A stretch of 64,000 nucleotides of DNA from Bacillota bacterium (GCA_024653485.1 JANLFY010000001.1:166160-230159); one strand, 5' to 3'. Shown: positions 39,201-48,520, counted from the stretch's first letter. The notes: generated by a model not told the origin, from the sequence alone. Made by a program: numbers and translations.

Positions 39201-39471
39201 GGGCGTGTGCCTTGCCTCAAGGGAGGAGCGCACGGTCGGGAACGTGTCGCGCGTGCGCGCGAGGCGCTGCTCGGGGTGCGGCGTGTGCGTAGCCGTGTGC
39301 GCTCACGGCGCGCGGTCTCTCGATGAAGAGACGAGGCGAGCCGTGGTGGACGAATTCCTCTGCCGAGGGTGTGGGGCGTGCCAGGCGGCGTGCCCGTCGG
39401 GCGCGGCTTCGCATGCCGGGTTCGAGACGGAGCGCGTCATGTCTGCTCTAGACGCGGCGCTGGGCGGATAG
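36217..39471 (+). CDS. Giant tandem HdrA-like flavoprotein (two FAD/HdrA modules plus ferredoxin domains; HdrL-like)
   Basis: Two full HdrA-like repeats (VLVVGGGVAGMHA... and VVIGGGPAGMHAA...), each followed by Cys-rich 4Fe-4S motifs. An internal VFVCECE thioredoxin-like/HdrA N-domain sits between them. Confidence 0.8.
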   Translation: MILGMVPAEARSRGSVLVVGGGVAGMHASLILAEAGVHVYLVDSSATVGGLWNLLDKTFPTHSCGICHMSTKNPAYCPVIEVARHPRVTLMVNSLVEEVLGDIGDFRVRVSTRPEFVKSALCDGCGECERACPVEVRLPRHLGLDDRKAIVRPGGRAVLGGYAVDEEACTRCGECARACPRGAINLAAEGTETTLAVGAIIVCSGAAMCDPSVRPEYMYGLSKNVMTGLEFERVSAAALLSNEGLLRPGDGARPDRIAFIQCVGSRDRSRASPYCSSVCCMYAVKEAIIAKTLVPEASVKVFYTDVRALGKGYEEYYVRAKALGVEFENCRVSSVEDNEGALEVRAESGGVVRRDSFDLVVLSNGFVPAGSLISIGAVLGLERDEFGFVRPLSQGRSRVTTSRPGVYVCGGAAGPQDIPTSVLWSGACALQALRAVGPEADWDEWPALRLDAGEQTDRPGGGRAADLGSEATVQNQVSTATQVAPASAAGETRVGVFVCECEASLGSVDPARLVHVLSGEPMPDVVVVKGIPPVCKREGVEALAREAASHRVNRVVVAACSPRRVQDLIGGRLSQAGVEHGMVEVANIREQCGWVHDHPGKAERKARDLVAMAVASVRMATVLVERARPVPAGAVVIGGGPAGMHAAACLADLGHHVHLVEKDEILGGRARALARTLDGTDVRELLEKLEERVRSDNRITVHTSSRVASVHRRDGGFSVSIVRNRDSGGAEPERLADDLRCTGEGSGFRGGRGGCAEEGGAAIACGAVVVATGGREAPGPASLPPPDGARVLTQTELEARLWPSLDIPGAIRSVVMIQCAGSRDETRPYCSQVCCSQAIKNAIRLKEERPDVEVYVLHRDVRVPGAWEAFYERAREMGVVFVRHHDDAPPRVVNDGDEPGGSALAVEVLDDILGETIIIPADLVVLSTGAVGAADRDLAMALGVPVDGHGFLTEANVKVQPVDTCVPGVYVCGLARAPGFLSDALVSAEAAAARAGVCLASREERTVGNVSRVRARRCSGCGVCVAVCAHGARSLDEETRRAVVDEFLCRGCGACQAACPSGAASHAGFETERVMSALDAALGG

Positions 39472-39511
39472 GCGCCGTCGATGTAGCGAGGACGAAGGGA
39501 GGGGAGCTGCG

Positions 39512-39943
39512 ATGAGCGCTGGTGAGGAGTTCGAGCCGAGAATCGTAGCGTTCCTGTGTAACTGGTGTACATACACGGGCGCTGACCTCGCAGGTGTGTC
39601 CAGGATTCAGTACCCGCCCAACGTGCTGCCGCTTCGCGTCATGTGCTCGGGTTCGGTGGATCCGATGTACATTATCAAAGCCCTCCTGGACGGGGCGGAT
39701 GGAGTCCTCGTCGGCGGATGCCATCCCGGTGACTGTCATTACGTGAGTGGGAACTACAAGGCCAGGCGGCGCCTGGCGGTTCTCTCCGCGATCCTGGACG
39801 AGTTCGAGATAGACAGCCGGCGGGTCTGGTTCAGGTTCATCAGCGCGAGCGAGGGCGCGCTCTTCGCGAGGACCGTGCGCGACATGACAGACGCGCTGAG
39901 GTCGCTTGGACCCAATCCTGCGCGCGCGCTGTGGATCACATAG
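39512..39943 (+). CDS. mvhD: MvhD/FlpD-type methyl-viologen-reducing hydrogenase delta subunit homolog (2Fe-2S electron transfer protein of Hdr complexes)
   Basis: IVAFLCNWCTYTGADLAG...CSG...GGCHPGDCHY is the MvhD signature. GGGAGGGGAG SD. Confidence 0.85.
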   Translation: MSAGEEFEPRIVAFLCNWCTYTGADLAGVSRIQYPPNVLPLRVMCSGSVDPMYIIKALLDGADGVLVGGCHPGDCHYVSGNYKARRRLAVLSAILDEFEIDSRRVWFRFISASEGALFARTVRDMTDALRSLGPNPARALWIT

Positions 39944-39978
39944 CGCGTCCCTGCCGCGTGCAGCAGCGAGGTGTAGCC

Positions 39979-41061
39979 ATGAAGAACCTTCTAATCGCGG
40001 TGGAACAAGAGGGGAGAGAGAAGGCGCTGTCGAGCTTCCTTGCCAGACTTCTCGAAACCGGGGCTGTTGACGCGATGGTGGTTCTGGCAGAAGTCGCGCC
40101 GGGAGTAACGACGCACGTTCTCGCGAAGGACCCGCGTTTCGTGGAACGTTGGGCTCGGCCGCTCTCGCCGGTCATGCCCTCGAACGCTTCGCAGGTGGTG
40201 TCGGAAGTCGTGCGCAAGCGGCCTTCGGGCAGGGTCGGGGCCGTCTTGCGGCCGTGCGAGAGCCGGGCCCTCGTGGAGCTCATCAAGGTGAGACAGGCTG
40301 CCCCGGAGAACGTCGTCTCCATATGCGTCGACTGCACAGGGACGTATGACCCCGTAGCGTATCGGGACGCACACGGGAGCGTCGAAGGCCTCGCGTTGAG
40401 GGAAGCGTGCCGAGTGTGTCTCAATCCTACTCCTCTCGAAGACGCCCTGCCTGGCATCGTGCTCGGCTTCATTGGTCTGGACGAACGAGACGGCGTGCTC
40501 GTGTCGGTTCACGATCGTCTTGACCCTGATGTGGCTGCGGTCGTAGACGAACTCGGCTTGGCGTGCGGCGAGGACGCCGGGCGCAAACGCAGCGAGGCGG
40601 TCCGCGGGTTGGTCCAGGAACGCCAAAGCGCGTACGATGCCTTCCTTGCGGCTAGAGAGGTCTCGGGAATCGAGGCTTTCGCGAGAGAGCTCGGAGCATG
40701 TACGGGCTGCCACAACTGCCGCGTCGCGTGTCCGGTGTGCTACTGCAGGGAGTGCATCTTCGACACGGACACGTTCGAGGGCGAGCTCGGCCAGTTCGTA
40801 AGAAGGGCTGAGAGGAAAGGTGCACTGAAGGTGCCCTCCGAGACGATTCTCTACCACTTGACCAGGATGAACCACATGTCGCTCTCGTGCGTGGCGTGCG
40901 GGCAGTGCGAGCAGGCGTGCCCTGCCCGTCTGCCGCTCTTCCACCTGTTCGCGATGGCTTCCAGACGCACGCAGGCGCTCTTCGGGTACGTCCCCGGCAG
41001 GAGCCTGGAAGAGGAGCTGCCCTTCACGACGTTCAGGGAGGACGAACTCGAGCCGAGGTAG
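39979..41061 (+). CDS. Fe-S protein with 4Fe-4S dicluster domain, FrhB/FdhB-like (F420-hydrogenase beta family)
   Basis: CTGCHNCRVACPVCYC and CVACGQCEQACP motifs. The N-terminal ~250 aa resemble FrhB/FdhB-type flavin-binding domains often found next to HdrA/MvhD. Family call is tentative. Confidence 0.5.
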   Translation: MKNLLIAVEQEGREKALSSFLARLLETGAVDAMVVLAEVAPGVTTHVLAKDPRFVERWARPLSPVMPSNASQVVSEVVRKRPSGRVGAVLRPCESRALVELIKVRQAAPENVVSICVDCTGTYDPVAYRDAHGSVEGLALREACRVCLNPTPLEDALPGIVLGFIGLDERDGVLVSVHDRLDPDVAAVVDELGLACGEDAGRKRSEAVRGLVQERQSAYDAFLAAREVSGIEAFARELGACTGCHNCRVACPVCYCRECIFDTDTFEGELGQFVRRAERKGALKVPSETILYHLTRMNHMSLSCVACGQCEQACPARLPLFHLFAMASRRTQALFGYVPGRSLEEELPFTTFREDELEPR

Positions 41062-41087
41062 TTCGGGGGCGGCACCGGCAGGAGGTG

Positions 41088-41774
41088 ATGTTCGTGGCAC
41101 AGGAGATGGTCAGGGTTTTCATAATGGGCAAGGCGTACGACGTGCCGAAGGGGCTCACCATCATGAAAGCGATGGAATACGCCGGCTACCAGTTCGTCCG
41201 CGGCTGCGGCTGTCGCGGGGGGTTCTGTGGTGCGTGTGGCACAGTGTACCGCATGCCAGGCGACTATCGGATAAAGGTCGGCCTCGCCTGCCAGACGATA
41301 GTCGAGGAGGGAATGTACCTCACCCAGATTCCTGTCTTCCCTGCGAACAAGGCCGTGTACGATGTGGAAAAGACGCGCCCGACCCTGGGTGATCTCCTAA
41401 AACTGTACCCCGAGCTATCGAGGTGTCTCGGCTGCAATACTTGCACGAAGGTGTGCCCGCAGGAGCTGGATGTGATGAACTACATGGCTGCGGCCATGCG
41501 TGGCGACATCGCGCGCACCGCGGACATGTCCTTCGACTGCTTGATGTGCGGCCTGTGCGCTGCGCGCTGTCCTGCGGAGACCGTGCAGTACAACATAGCG
41601 ATCCTCGCTCGGAGGTTGTACGCAAGGCATGTCGCCAAGAGAGCCGAACACCTCGCCGTGAGGGTTCAGGAGATCCTCGACGGCAAGTTCGACGCGGCCC
41701 TCGCGGAGTTGACGAGGCTCGACCGAGCCGAGCTCGAAAGGCTCTACAACGAACGAGACATCGAACCGGAGTAG
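41088..41774 (+). CDS. Succinate dehydrogenase/fumarate reductase iron-sulfur subunit-like protein (no membrane anchor gene adjacent)
   Basis: N-terminal 2Fe-2S-type motif GCGCRGGFCGACG, then CLGCNTCTKVCP and CLMCGLCAARCP cluster motifs. GTG 41094 is the alternative start (GGAGGTG SD). Confidence 0.7.
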   Translation: MFVAQEMVRVFIMGKAYDVPKGLTIMKAMEYAGYQFVRGCGCRGGFCGACGTVYRMPGDYRIKVGLACQTIVEEGMYLTQIPVFPANKAVYDVEKTRPTLGDLLKLYPELSRCLGCNTCTKVCPQELDVMNYMAAAMRGDIARTADMSFDCLMCGLCAARCPAETVQYNIAILARRLYARHVAKRAEHLAVRVQEILDGKFDAALAELTRLDRAELERLYNERDIEPE

Positions 41775-41779
41775 GAGGG

Positions 41780-43420
41780 ATGGAAAAGGTGGCTTACACT
41801 CCGCAGATGATGGAGTCCATGCGTCTCGTGGAAGCGTCGCGCGAGAAGCGGTATACTGAGAGGCACCCGCGCCTGAGCCCCGCTGAGAAGCAGGACATTC
41901 TTCGGAGGTTCCACCCGGACTTCCGGCCGGACACCATGCGCGCGGTGAAGGTGGGGCCCTCTCGCGGTTCGATGATGCCCCACGAGCTCGTCAACGTGCT
42001 CGAGGCAAGGAGCAGGCTCGATCCTGATACCTTCACCATTGACCGGATCGACTACGATGTGGATGTGCTGGTGGTGGGAGGGGGAGGGGCGGGCTCCTCT
42101 GCGTCTTTGATGGCGCACTCTGCGGGCGCGAACGTCCTTCAAGTCACCAAGCTCAGACTGGGTGACGCCAACACAATGATGGCACAAGGCGGCATCCAGG
42201 CAGCCGACAAGCCCAACGACTCTCCGATGATCCACTATCTCGACGTCATCGGCGGCGGCGGCTTCGTGAACAAACCCAACCTCGTGAGGGCGCTCGTTGA
42301 AGACGCGCCGCTCGTGATAAAGTGGCTGGAGGATCTTGGGTGCATGTTCGACAAGGAGCAAGACGGAACCATGATCACCCAGCACGGTGGAGGCACGTCG
42401 CGCAAACGCATGCACGCCGCGCGCGACTACACCGGGGCGGAGATCATGAGGACTCTAAGAGACGAGGTGCGGAACAAGCCGATCCCCGTCATCGAGTTTT
42501 CGCCCGCGATCGAGCTTCTGTCAGACGGCGAGGGGAGGTGCACGGGGGCCGTTCTCATGAACCTCGAGACGAGGGAGTTCTTCATCGTGCGCGCCAAGAC
42601 GGTCGTCTTAGCGACGGGCGGGTTCGGAAGGCTTCACGTGGCGGGGTTCCCTACCACGAACCACTACGGAGCTACCGCGGACGGTCTCGTCATGGCCTAC
42701 CGAATTGGGGCGAACCTCATCTTCCTCGACGCGACGCAGTTTCACCCAACAGGGGCCGCGTACCCGGAGCAGATCGTCGGCCTCCTCATCACCGAGAAGG
42801 TCCGGGGCGTGGGCGCGCAGCTGGTGAACGCCCGTGGGGAGCAGTTCGTGTTCCCTCTAGAGACGAGAGACGCGGTTTCGAGCGCCATTCTCCGCGAGTG
42901 CCACGAACGGAGGGCGGGCGTGGTCACGGAGACGGGGCAGCACGGAGTGTGGCTGGACTCGCCCATGATAGAGCACATCCATGGAGAGGGCACGATACTC
43001 AGGACCCTTCCGGCCATGTTCCGCCAGTACAAACGTTTCGGGATAGACATGAGGAAGGAGCCCATTCTCGTGTACCCGACTCTTCACTATCAGAACGGCG
43101 GAGTTGAGATATCGGAGGATACGAGCACATGTGTGGAGAACTTGTTTGTGGCGGGTGAGACCTCGGGAGGCGTCCATGGACGAAATCGCCTCATGGGGAA
43201 TTCCCTGCTCGATGTGGTGGTTTTCGGGAGACGGGCCGGTCTTGCCGCATCAGAGCGGGCACGAGGCGTCAAGCCTGGAAAGCTCACTCTCGAGCACGTG
43301 AGGCGCTATCACAAAGAGCTCGATGAGGCGGGCATCGGAAGAGACAGGGTGTCGCCCATGATCCTTCCGCCCTATGCCCGTCACGAAGCCAAGCCGGGTG
43401 CCAACCCCGCGGTGCTGTAG
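41780..43420 (+). CDS. Fumarate reductase/succinate dehydrogenase flavoprotein-like subunit (FAD_binding_2) with ~90-aa N-terminal extension
   Basis: DVDVLVVGGGGAGSSA...AQGGIQAA...FHPTG...HYQNGGV... are Frd/Sdh/TfrA-type flavoprotein motifs. GTAGGAGGGA SD. Confidence 0.8.
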   Translation: MEKVAYTPQMMESMRLVEASREKRYTERHPRLSPAEKQDILRRFHPDFRPDTMRAVKVGPSRGSMMPHELVNVLEARSRLDPDTFTIDRIDYDVDVLVVGGGGAGSSASLMAHSAGANVLQVTKLRLGDANTMMAQGGIQAADKPNDSPMIHYLDVIGGGGFVNKPNLVRALVEDAPLVIKWLEDLGCMFDKEQDGTMITQHGGGTSRKRMHAARDYTGAEIMRTLRDEVRNKPIPVIEFSPAIELLSDGEGRCTGAVLMNLETREFFIVRAKTVVLATGGFGRLHVAGFPTTNHYGATADGLVMAYRIGANLIFLDATQFHPTGAAYPEQIVGLLITEKVRGVGAQLVNARGEQFVFPLETRDAVSSAILRECHERRAGVVTETGQHGVWLDSPMIEHIHGEGTILRTLPAMFRQYKRFGIDMRKEPILVYPTLHYQNGGVEISEDTSTCVENLFVAGETSGGVHGRNRLMGNSLLDVVVFGRRAGLAASERARGVKPGKLTLEHVRRYHKELDEAGIGRDRVSPMILPPYARHEAKPGANPAVL

Positions 43421-43530
43421 CACTTGTAGCACTGTTGAGTCGAGGGGAGAGGCCGCGGGGTGTGGGGTCTCAGGGTCGCACGAGTTGTCGTTGAAGCACT
43501 AAACCTGCGCATCGCGCAAAGAAGGGGCGG

Positions 43531-43821
43531 GTGACGATGCCTGGAAGCAATGGGGCGGGGCCGGCCCTAGATGAACGGCGGTCCGAGGTGCCGGTGGAGA
43601 TCAACTCAAAGTGGTGTAAGGGGTGCGACATCTGCGTGGCCTTCTGTCCCAAGGAGGTACTGACTAGACCTGAAGGGGGAAAGGCGCAGGTTGCGCACCC
43701 CGAAAAGTGTACACGTTGCGGGCTGTGCGAGATCATGTGCCCTGACCTAGCGATCGTCGTGATCCCGGCGCCCCGCAAAGGGGCGTCGATACGCGGGCAG
43801 GGAGGTGACGCTGATGCTTAG
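43531..43821 (+). CDS. korD: 2-oxoacid:ferredoxin oxidoreductase delta subunit (2x[4Fe-4S] ferredoxin)
   Basis: CKGCDICVAFCP and CTRCGLCEIMCP motifs in a 96-aa protein immediately upstream of korA. Confidence 0.8.
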   Translation: MTMPGSNGAGPALDERRSEVPVEINSKWCKGCDICVAFCPKEVLTRPEGGKAQVAHPEKCTRCGLCEIMCPDLAIVVIPAPRKGASIRGQGGDADA

Positions 43822-44950
43822 CAGTGCCGGCGCGCGTTTGATGCAGGGTAACGAGGCCTGCGCGGAAGGAGCCATCGCCGCGGGTCTACGGTTCTTCGCG
43901 GGCTACCCCATAACGCCGTCCACTGAGATCGCTGAGGAGCTCGCGCTGCTCCTTCCGAAAGTGGGCGGGAAGTTCATTCAGATGGAGGATGAGATCGCGA
44001 GCATATCAGCGATCATAGGAGCGTCGCTCGCGGGGGCGAAGTCCATGACCGCGACGAGCGGACCGGGGTTCTCCCTGAAGCAAGAGGGGATAGGATTCGC
44101 ATCGTATACCGAGGTGCCGTGCGTCATAGTGAACGTCCAAAGAGTGGGACCGAGCACGGGGGTGCCCACAGCGCCGGCGCAGGGCGACGTGATGCAGGCG
44201 CGCTGGGGGACCCACGGGGATCATCCGATAGTGGTGTTGTGTCCGTCTTCCGTCGCGGAGACTTTCTCGTTGATAATCGAGGCGTTCAACATATCGGAGC
44301 GCTGGCGGATACCTGTGGTCTTCCTGATGGACGAGGTTATCGCTCACATGCGTGAGAAGGTCGTGGTCCCCGAAGCAAGCGCGATCAGGATCGTGGAACG
44401 GCCCAGGCCTCAGGTCGCCCCGGACGAGTACCTCCCTTACGCGGCGGGCGAAGACCTGGTTCCCGCCATCGCGGATTTCGGCTCGGGATACAGATACCAC
44501 GTCACTGGCCTGACTCACGACGAGACGGGCTTCCCTACCACCAAGGCTTCCGAGGTGGACGCCCTTGCGCGCCGCCTGGACGCGAAGATGAGGAGGGCGG
44601 CCCCCCACGTCACGTTCGTGGACGAGTTCCTCGTGAACGACGCCGAGGTAGCGGTGTTTGCGTACGGTGTGACCGCTAGAGCCGCAGCCAAGGCTGTCCG
44701 CGACGCGCGAGCCCAAGGTCTGAAGGCGGGACTCGTCAAGGCGAGAACGCTCTGGCCGTTCCCCGAGGAACACGTGCGTAAGGTGGCTGAGCGGGTGCGA
44801 GCAATAGTCGTCCCCGAGATGAACATGGGCCAGCTGGTGCTGGAGGTCGAAAGGTCATCGGCGGGCCGTGCCGAAGTCGTGGGCCTTTCCCGCGTGGACG
44901 CTGAACCCATCACGCCCGACGAGATCCTGGCGAAACTGCGGGAGGTGTGA
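43814..44950 (+). CDS. korA: 2-oxoglutarate/2-oxoacid:ferredoxin oxidoreductase alpha subunit
   Basis: KorA/PorA family sequence (GYPITPSTEI, SGPGFSLKQEG). Start at ATG 43814, 5-6 nt after GGAGGTGA. Confidence 0.85.
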   Translation: MLSSAGARLMQGNEACAEGAIAAGLRFFAGYPITPSTEIAEELALLLPKVGGKFIQMEDEIASISAIIGASLAGAKSMTATSGPGFSLKQEGIGFASYTEVPCVIVNVQRVGPSTGVPTAPAQGDVMQARWGTHGDHPIVVLCPSSVAETFSLIIEAFNISERWRIPVVFLMDEVIAHMREKVVVPEASAIRIVERPRPQVAPDEYLPYAAGEDLVPAIADFGSGYRYHVTGLTHDETGFPTTKASEVDALARRLDAKMRRAAPHVTFVDEFLVNDAEVAVFAYGVTARAAAKAVRDARAQGLKAGLVKARTLWPFPEEHVRKVAERVRAIVVPEMNMGQLVLEVERSSAGRAEVVGLSRVDAEPITPDEILAKLREV

Positions 44951-44958
44951 GATCTACC

Positions 44959-45792
44959 ATGGCTACGCCTGTGACTCACTACCTGAGGACGAGCAAGATG
45001 CCGCACATATGGTGTCCGGGGTGCGGGCACGGGATAGTGCTTGGCGCCGTGTTGAGGGCGATAGATTCGAACGGCCTCGACAAGGACAAGGTATGTGTGG
45101 TTTCCGGGATAGGGTGTGCCTCACGTGCACCGGGATATCTGGATTTCAACACGCTTCACACGACGCACGGAAGGGCCATCGCTTTCGCAACCGGGATCAA
45201 AATGGCCAAGCCAGAGCTGAAGGTGATCGTGCTCACAGGTGATGGTGACGCCGCCGCCATAGGCGGGAACCACCTCATACACGCGGCGCGACGCAACATC
45301 GGCATAACTACGGTGTGCTTCAACAACAGCATTTACGGGATGACTAGCGGACAATACTCGCCCATGACTCCAACTGGGAGTCTTGCTAGCACGGCGCCAT
45401 ACGGCAACATAGAGGAGCCCTTCGACCTGTGCGACCTCGTGTACGCGGCGGGCGCGAGCTACGTCGCCCGAGGCACCGCTTACCATGCCCTCCTTCTGTC
45501 GAAGCTGATTGCGAGGGCCATAGCGACCGAGGGGTTCTCGTTCGTGGAGGCCATCACGCAGTGCCCAACGTACTATGGACGGCGCAACAAGTTGAGGTCG
45601 GCGGTAGACATGCTGAAATGGCAAAAGGAGCACGCCGTGTCCGTGGCCGCTGCATCCAAGATGTCCGCGGAGGAACTTGCAGGCAAGTTCAGGATAGGTG
45701 AGCTTGGCGTGAGGACCAGGCAGGAGTACTGCCGGAGGTACGCTGGTCTCATGGAGACGGCGCAGAAGGAGGAGGCTGAGCGGGATGCGTAA
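44959..45792 (+). CDS. korB: 2-oxoacid:ferredoxin oxidoreductase beta subunit (TPP-binding)
   Basis: N-terminal WCPGCGHG, then the TPP-binding GDGD motif. ATG 44959 after GGAGGTG. Confidence 0.85.
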   Translation: MATPVTHYLRTSKMPHIWCPGCGHGIVLGAVLRAIDSNGLDKDKVCVVSGIGCASRAPGYLDFNTLHTTHGRAIAFATGIKMAKPELKVIVLTGDGDAAAIGGNHLIHAARRNIGITTVCFNNSIYGMTSGQYSPMTPTGSLASTAPYGNIEEPFDLCDLVYAAGASYVARGTAYHALLLSKLIARAIATEGFSFVEAITQCPTYYGRRNKLRSAVDMLKWQKEHAVSVAAASKMSAEELAGKFRIGELGVRTRQEYCRRYAGLMETAQKEEAERDA

Positions 45793-46333
45793 GGAGGTCA
45801 GGCTCTCGGGAAGTGGTGGGCAGGGGCTGATCCTCGCGGGCATAATCCTTGCGGAAGCCGCTATTCGCGACGGTCACGAGGTGGTTCAGACGCAGTCGTA
45901 CGGACCGGAGGCTCGTGGCGGGGCGAGTCGCGCTGAGGTCATCATCTCCGATGAGGCCATCGACTACCCCAAAGTGGTGGCTCCAGACGTCGTCCTCGTG
46001 ATGTCTCAGGAAGCGTGCAACAAGTACGCGCGTCATGTGAAGGCCGGCGGGATGCTCGTGGTGGACGGGACCAACGTGAGGACCGTGCCGGATCTCGAGG
46101 CGGCGAACGTCGTGCGCCTACCTATCACGGAAATCGCGAGGCGTGACGCGGGTCGTCAGGTGACCGCGAACATGGTGGCTCTCGGCGCGCTCGTGGGACT
46201 AGCGGATCTTGTGACGCCAGAGGCGGCAGAGCACGCCGTGAGAGAGCGGGTTCCCAAGGGGACGGAGGACCTGAACCTGAAGGCGTTCAGACTCGGGATG
46301 AAGTGGGCGAGGGAGGCTTCGGGTTCGACATGA
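45785..46333 (+). CDS. korC: 2-oxoacid:ferredoxin oxidoreductase gamma subunit
   Basis: GSGGQG...IILAEAA motif of gamma subunits. Overlaps korB stop and sucC start. Confidence 0.85.
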   Translation: MRKEVRLSGSGGQGLILAGIILAEAAIRDGHEVVQTQSYGPEARGGASRAEVIISDEAIDYPKVVAPDVVLVMSQEACNKYARHVKAGGMLVVDGTNVRTVPDLEAANVVRLPITEIARRDAGRQVTANMVALGALVGLADLVTPEAAEHAVRERVPKGTEDLNLKAFRLGMKWAREASGST

Positions 46334-47472
46334 AACTCCATGAATTCCAGGCAAAGGACATGATGAGGCGCTACGGGATACGGACGCCCCGCGGCGAGGT
46401 TGCCAGCACGCCGGACGAGGCGGGCGAGATCGCCGCGAGGCTGGGGTGCGCGGTGGCCGTCAAAGCCCAGGTCCATGTGGGGGGTAGGGGCAAGGCAGGT
46501 GGCATCGCGGTCGCCGCCACACCGGACGAGACCAGACGCCAAGCGTCGAGGATTCTCGGAATGAGCATCAAGGGTCTTACGGTCACGAGAGTGCTCGTGG
46601 AAGAAGCTGTTAACGCTACCCGCGAATACTACGCGGGAATGACCGTGGATCGTGCGCGGCGTTCTATCGTGGTCATGGCGAGCAGCGAGGGCGGGGTGGA
46701 TATAGAGGACGTCGCCGCGCGAACGCCCGAAAGGATCGCCAAGGTCTGGGTCAGCCCACGGGACGGATTCGAACCGTGGCAAGCGAGGTCGCTCGCGCTC
46801 TCGGCGGGGTTCGAGAGAAAGGCGTTGGGCCAGGCGGGGGCGATGATAGCCAATCTCTTTCGGCTCTTCATAAGGGAGGATGCTTCGCTTGCGGAGATCA
46901 ACCCGCTCATGCTGGCTGATGACGGGCGGGTGATTGCCGCGGACGCCAAGATCACCGTCGACGACAACTCCCTTTCACGTCACCCCGAGTACCAAGCGCT
47001 GACTGGGGGAGACAGCGACGACCCGCTGGAGCAAGAGGCGTACAGGCGCGGCCTGACCTATGTCAAGCTGGACGGAAACATCGGCGTCATAGGAAACGGA
47101 GCCGGGCTCGTCATGGCGACGCTTGACGCCATCAATGCGGAAGGAGGCCGCGCTGCGGACTTCCTCGACATAGGCGGTGGCGCGAGAGCCGACGTGGTGA
47201 AGAACGCACTCGAACTCATCCTGATGGATGGCCGAGTGAGGGCCATTCTGATCAACGTGTTCGGAGGCATCACGCGGTGCGATGAGGTAGCTTCCGGTCT
47301 CCTTGCGGCGGCGGAGTCCGTGGGCGTGCGCGTGCCGATCGTCGTGCGGCTCGCCGGCACTAGGGCAGAAGAAGGAAGAGAGCTCTTGCGCGGGACTTCT
47401 GTAGTGGCCGCCGAGGGCATGGCGGATGCCGCGAGACATGTGGTGGCGCTTGCCGCGAGGGGGGTGAGCTGA
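46330..47472 (+). CDS. sucC: Succinyl-CoA synthetase (ADP-forming) beta subunit
   Basis: [17 protein letters not shown]...[17 protein letters not shown]-grasp N-terminus. ATGA overlap with korC. Confidence 0.9.
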   Translation: MKLHEFQAKDMMRRYGIRTPRGEVASTPDEAGEIAARLGCAVAVKAQVHVGGRGKAGGIAVAATPDETRRQASRILGMSIKGLTVTRVLVEEAVNATREYYAGMTVDRARRSIVVMASSEGGVDIEDVAARTPERIAKVWVSPRDGFEPWQARSLALSAGFERKALGQAGAMIANLFRLFIREDASLAEINPLMLADDGRVIAADAKITVDDNSLSRHPEYQALTGGDSDDPLEQEAYRRGLTYVKLDGNIGVIGNGAGLVMATLDAINAEGGRAADFLDIGGGARADVVKNALELILMDGRVRAILINVFGGITRCDEVASGLLAAAESVGVRVPIVVRLAGTRAEEGRELLRGTSVVAAEGMADAARHVVALAARGVS

Positions 47473-48350
47473 TGGGTATTTTCGTGGGAGAACACACGAG
47501 GCTCGTGGTGCAGGGGATCACGGGCAGGGAAGGACGGTTTCACGCGGGACGAATGAAGGAGTACGGGACGAACGTGGTCGCGGGGATGACTCCGGGGCGG
47601 GGAGGCACTGACGTAGACGGCGTTCCCGTGTACGATACTGTGCTCGAAGCCGTGAAAGAGACGGGCGCCAACACATCGTGCATATTCGTGCCGGCTTCAG
47701 CGGCCGCGGATGCCGCGTCTGAGGCCCTTGCCGCAGGGATCGAGACGGTCGTGTGCATCACCGAGGGCATTCCCACCCTGGACGTAATGAGCGTCCTCGA
47801 CGCTGCCAAGGCTCAGGCGTTAAAGGGGAGGATCATAGGCCCGAACTGCCCGGGCCTCGTGACGTGTGGCAAGGCGCTCGTCGGCATCATGCCCGGCAAC
47901 ATTTTCACTCCTGGGCCCGTTGGCCTCATCTCCAGGAGCGGAACCCTCACGTATGAGGTAGTGAACCTGCTCACGTCGAAGGGGATAGGCCAGTCCACGT
48001 GCATCGGGGTCGGAGGTGACCCCATAATCGGGACGAACTTCGTTGACTGCCTTGCCGAATTCGAGCGCGATCCCGAGACCAGGGTGGTGGTGCTCATCGG
48101 CGAGATCGGAGGCCAAGACGAGGAGGACGCGGCGGCGTTCATCAAGGACAACGTGAGCAAACCCGTGGTGGCGTTCGTATCTGGGCGCACTGCGCCGCCT
48201 GGGAAACGCATGGGGCACGCGGGCGCCATAGTGTCTGGCAGCATGGGAACAGCCGAATCGAAGGTGAGGGCGTTCCGTGAAGCAGGGGTGCCTGTCGCCG
48301 ATAGCATCGCGGACATCGCGGATCTGGTGGCGAAGGCGTTGGGCCGGTGA
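47472..48350 (+). CDS. sucD: Succinyl-CoA synthetase alpha subunit
   Basis: CoA-binding and phosphohistidine regions (...[17 protein letters not shown]). TGATG overlap with sucC. Confidence 0.9.
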   Translation: MGIFVGEHTRLVVQGITGREGRFHAGRMKEYGTNVVAGMTPGRGGTDVDGVPVYDTVLEAVKETGANTSCIFVPASAAADAASEALAAGIETVVCITEGIPTLDVMSVLDAAKAQALKGRIIGPNCPGLVTCGKALVGIMPGNIFTPGPVGLISRSGTLTYEVVNLLTSKGIGQSTCIGVGGDPIIGTNFVDCLAEFERDPETRVVVLIGEIGGQDEEDAAAFIKDNVSKPVVAFVSGRTAPPGKRMGHAGAIVSGSMGTAESKVRAFREAGVPVADSIADIADLVAKALGR

Positions 48351-48520
48351 GGCTCGAAAAGCACTCGCTGCGCGGACAAAGGCGCGATCGCGGGGTGGGC
48401 CGCCGATGAGGCGTCCGCCCCTCGATCGCGACGTGGCGGTGGCGATGCCAGGTTGAGACGGCTCGCCTTCGAACCAAGCGGGAAGAAGAATCGGATGCGT
48501 CGCCTCTTGGGCCCGGCCGG

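Noticed and set aside
39991-41100. 369-aa minus-strand ORF
   Set aside because: Antisense to the FrhB-like and FrdB-like genes. Arg-rich.
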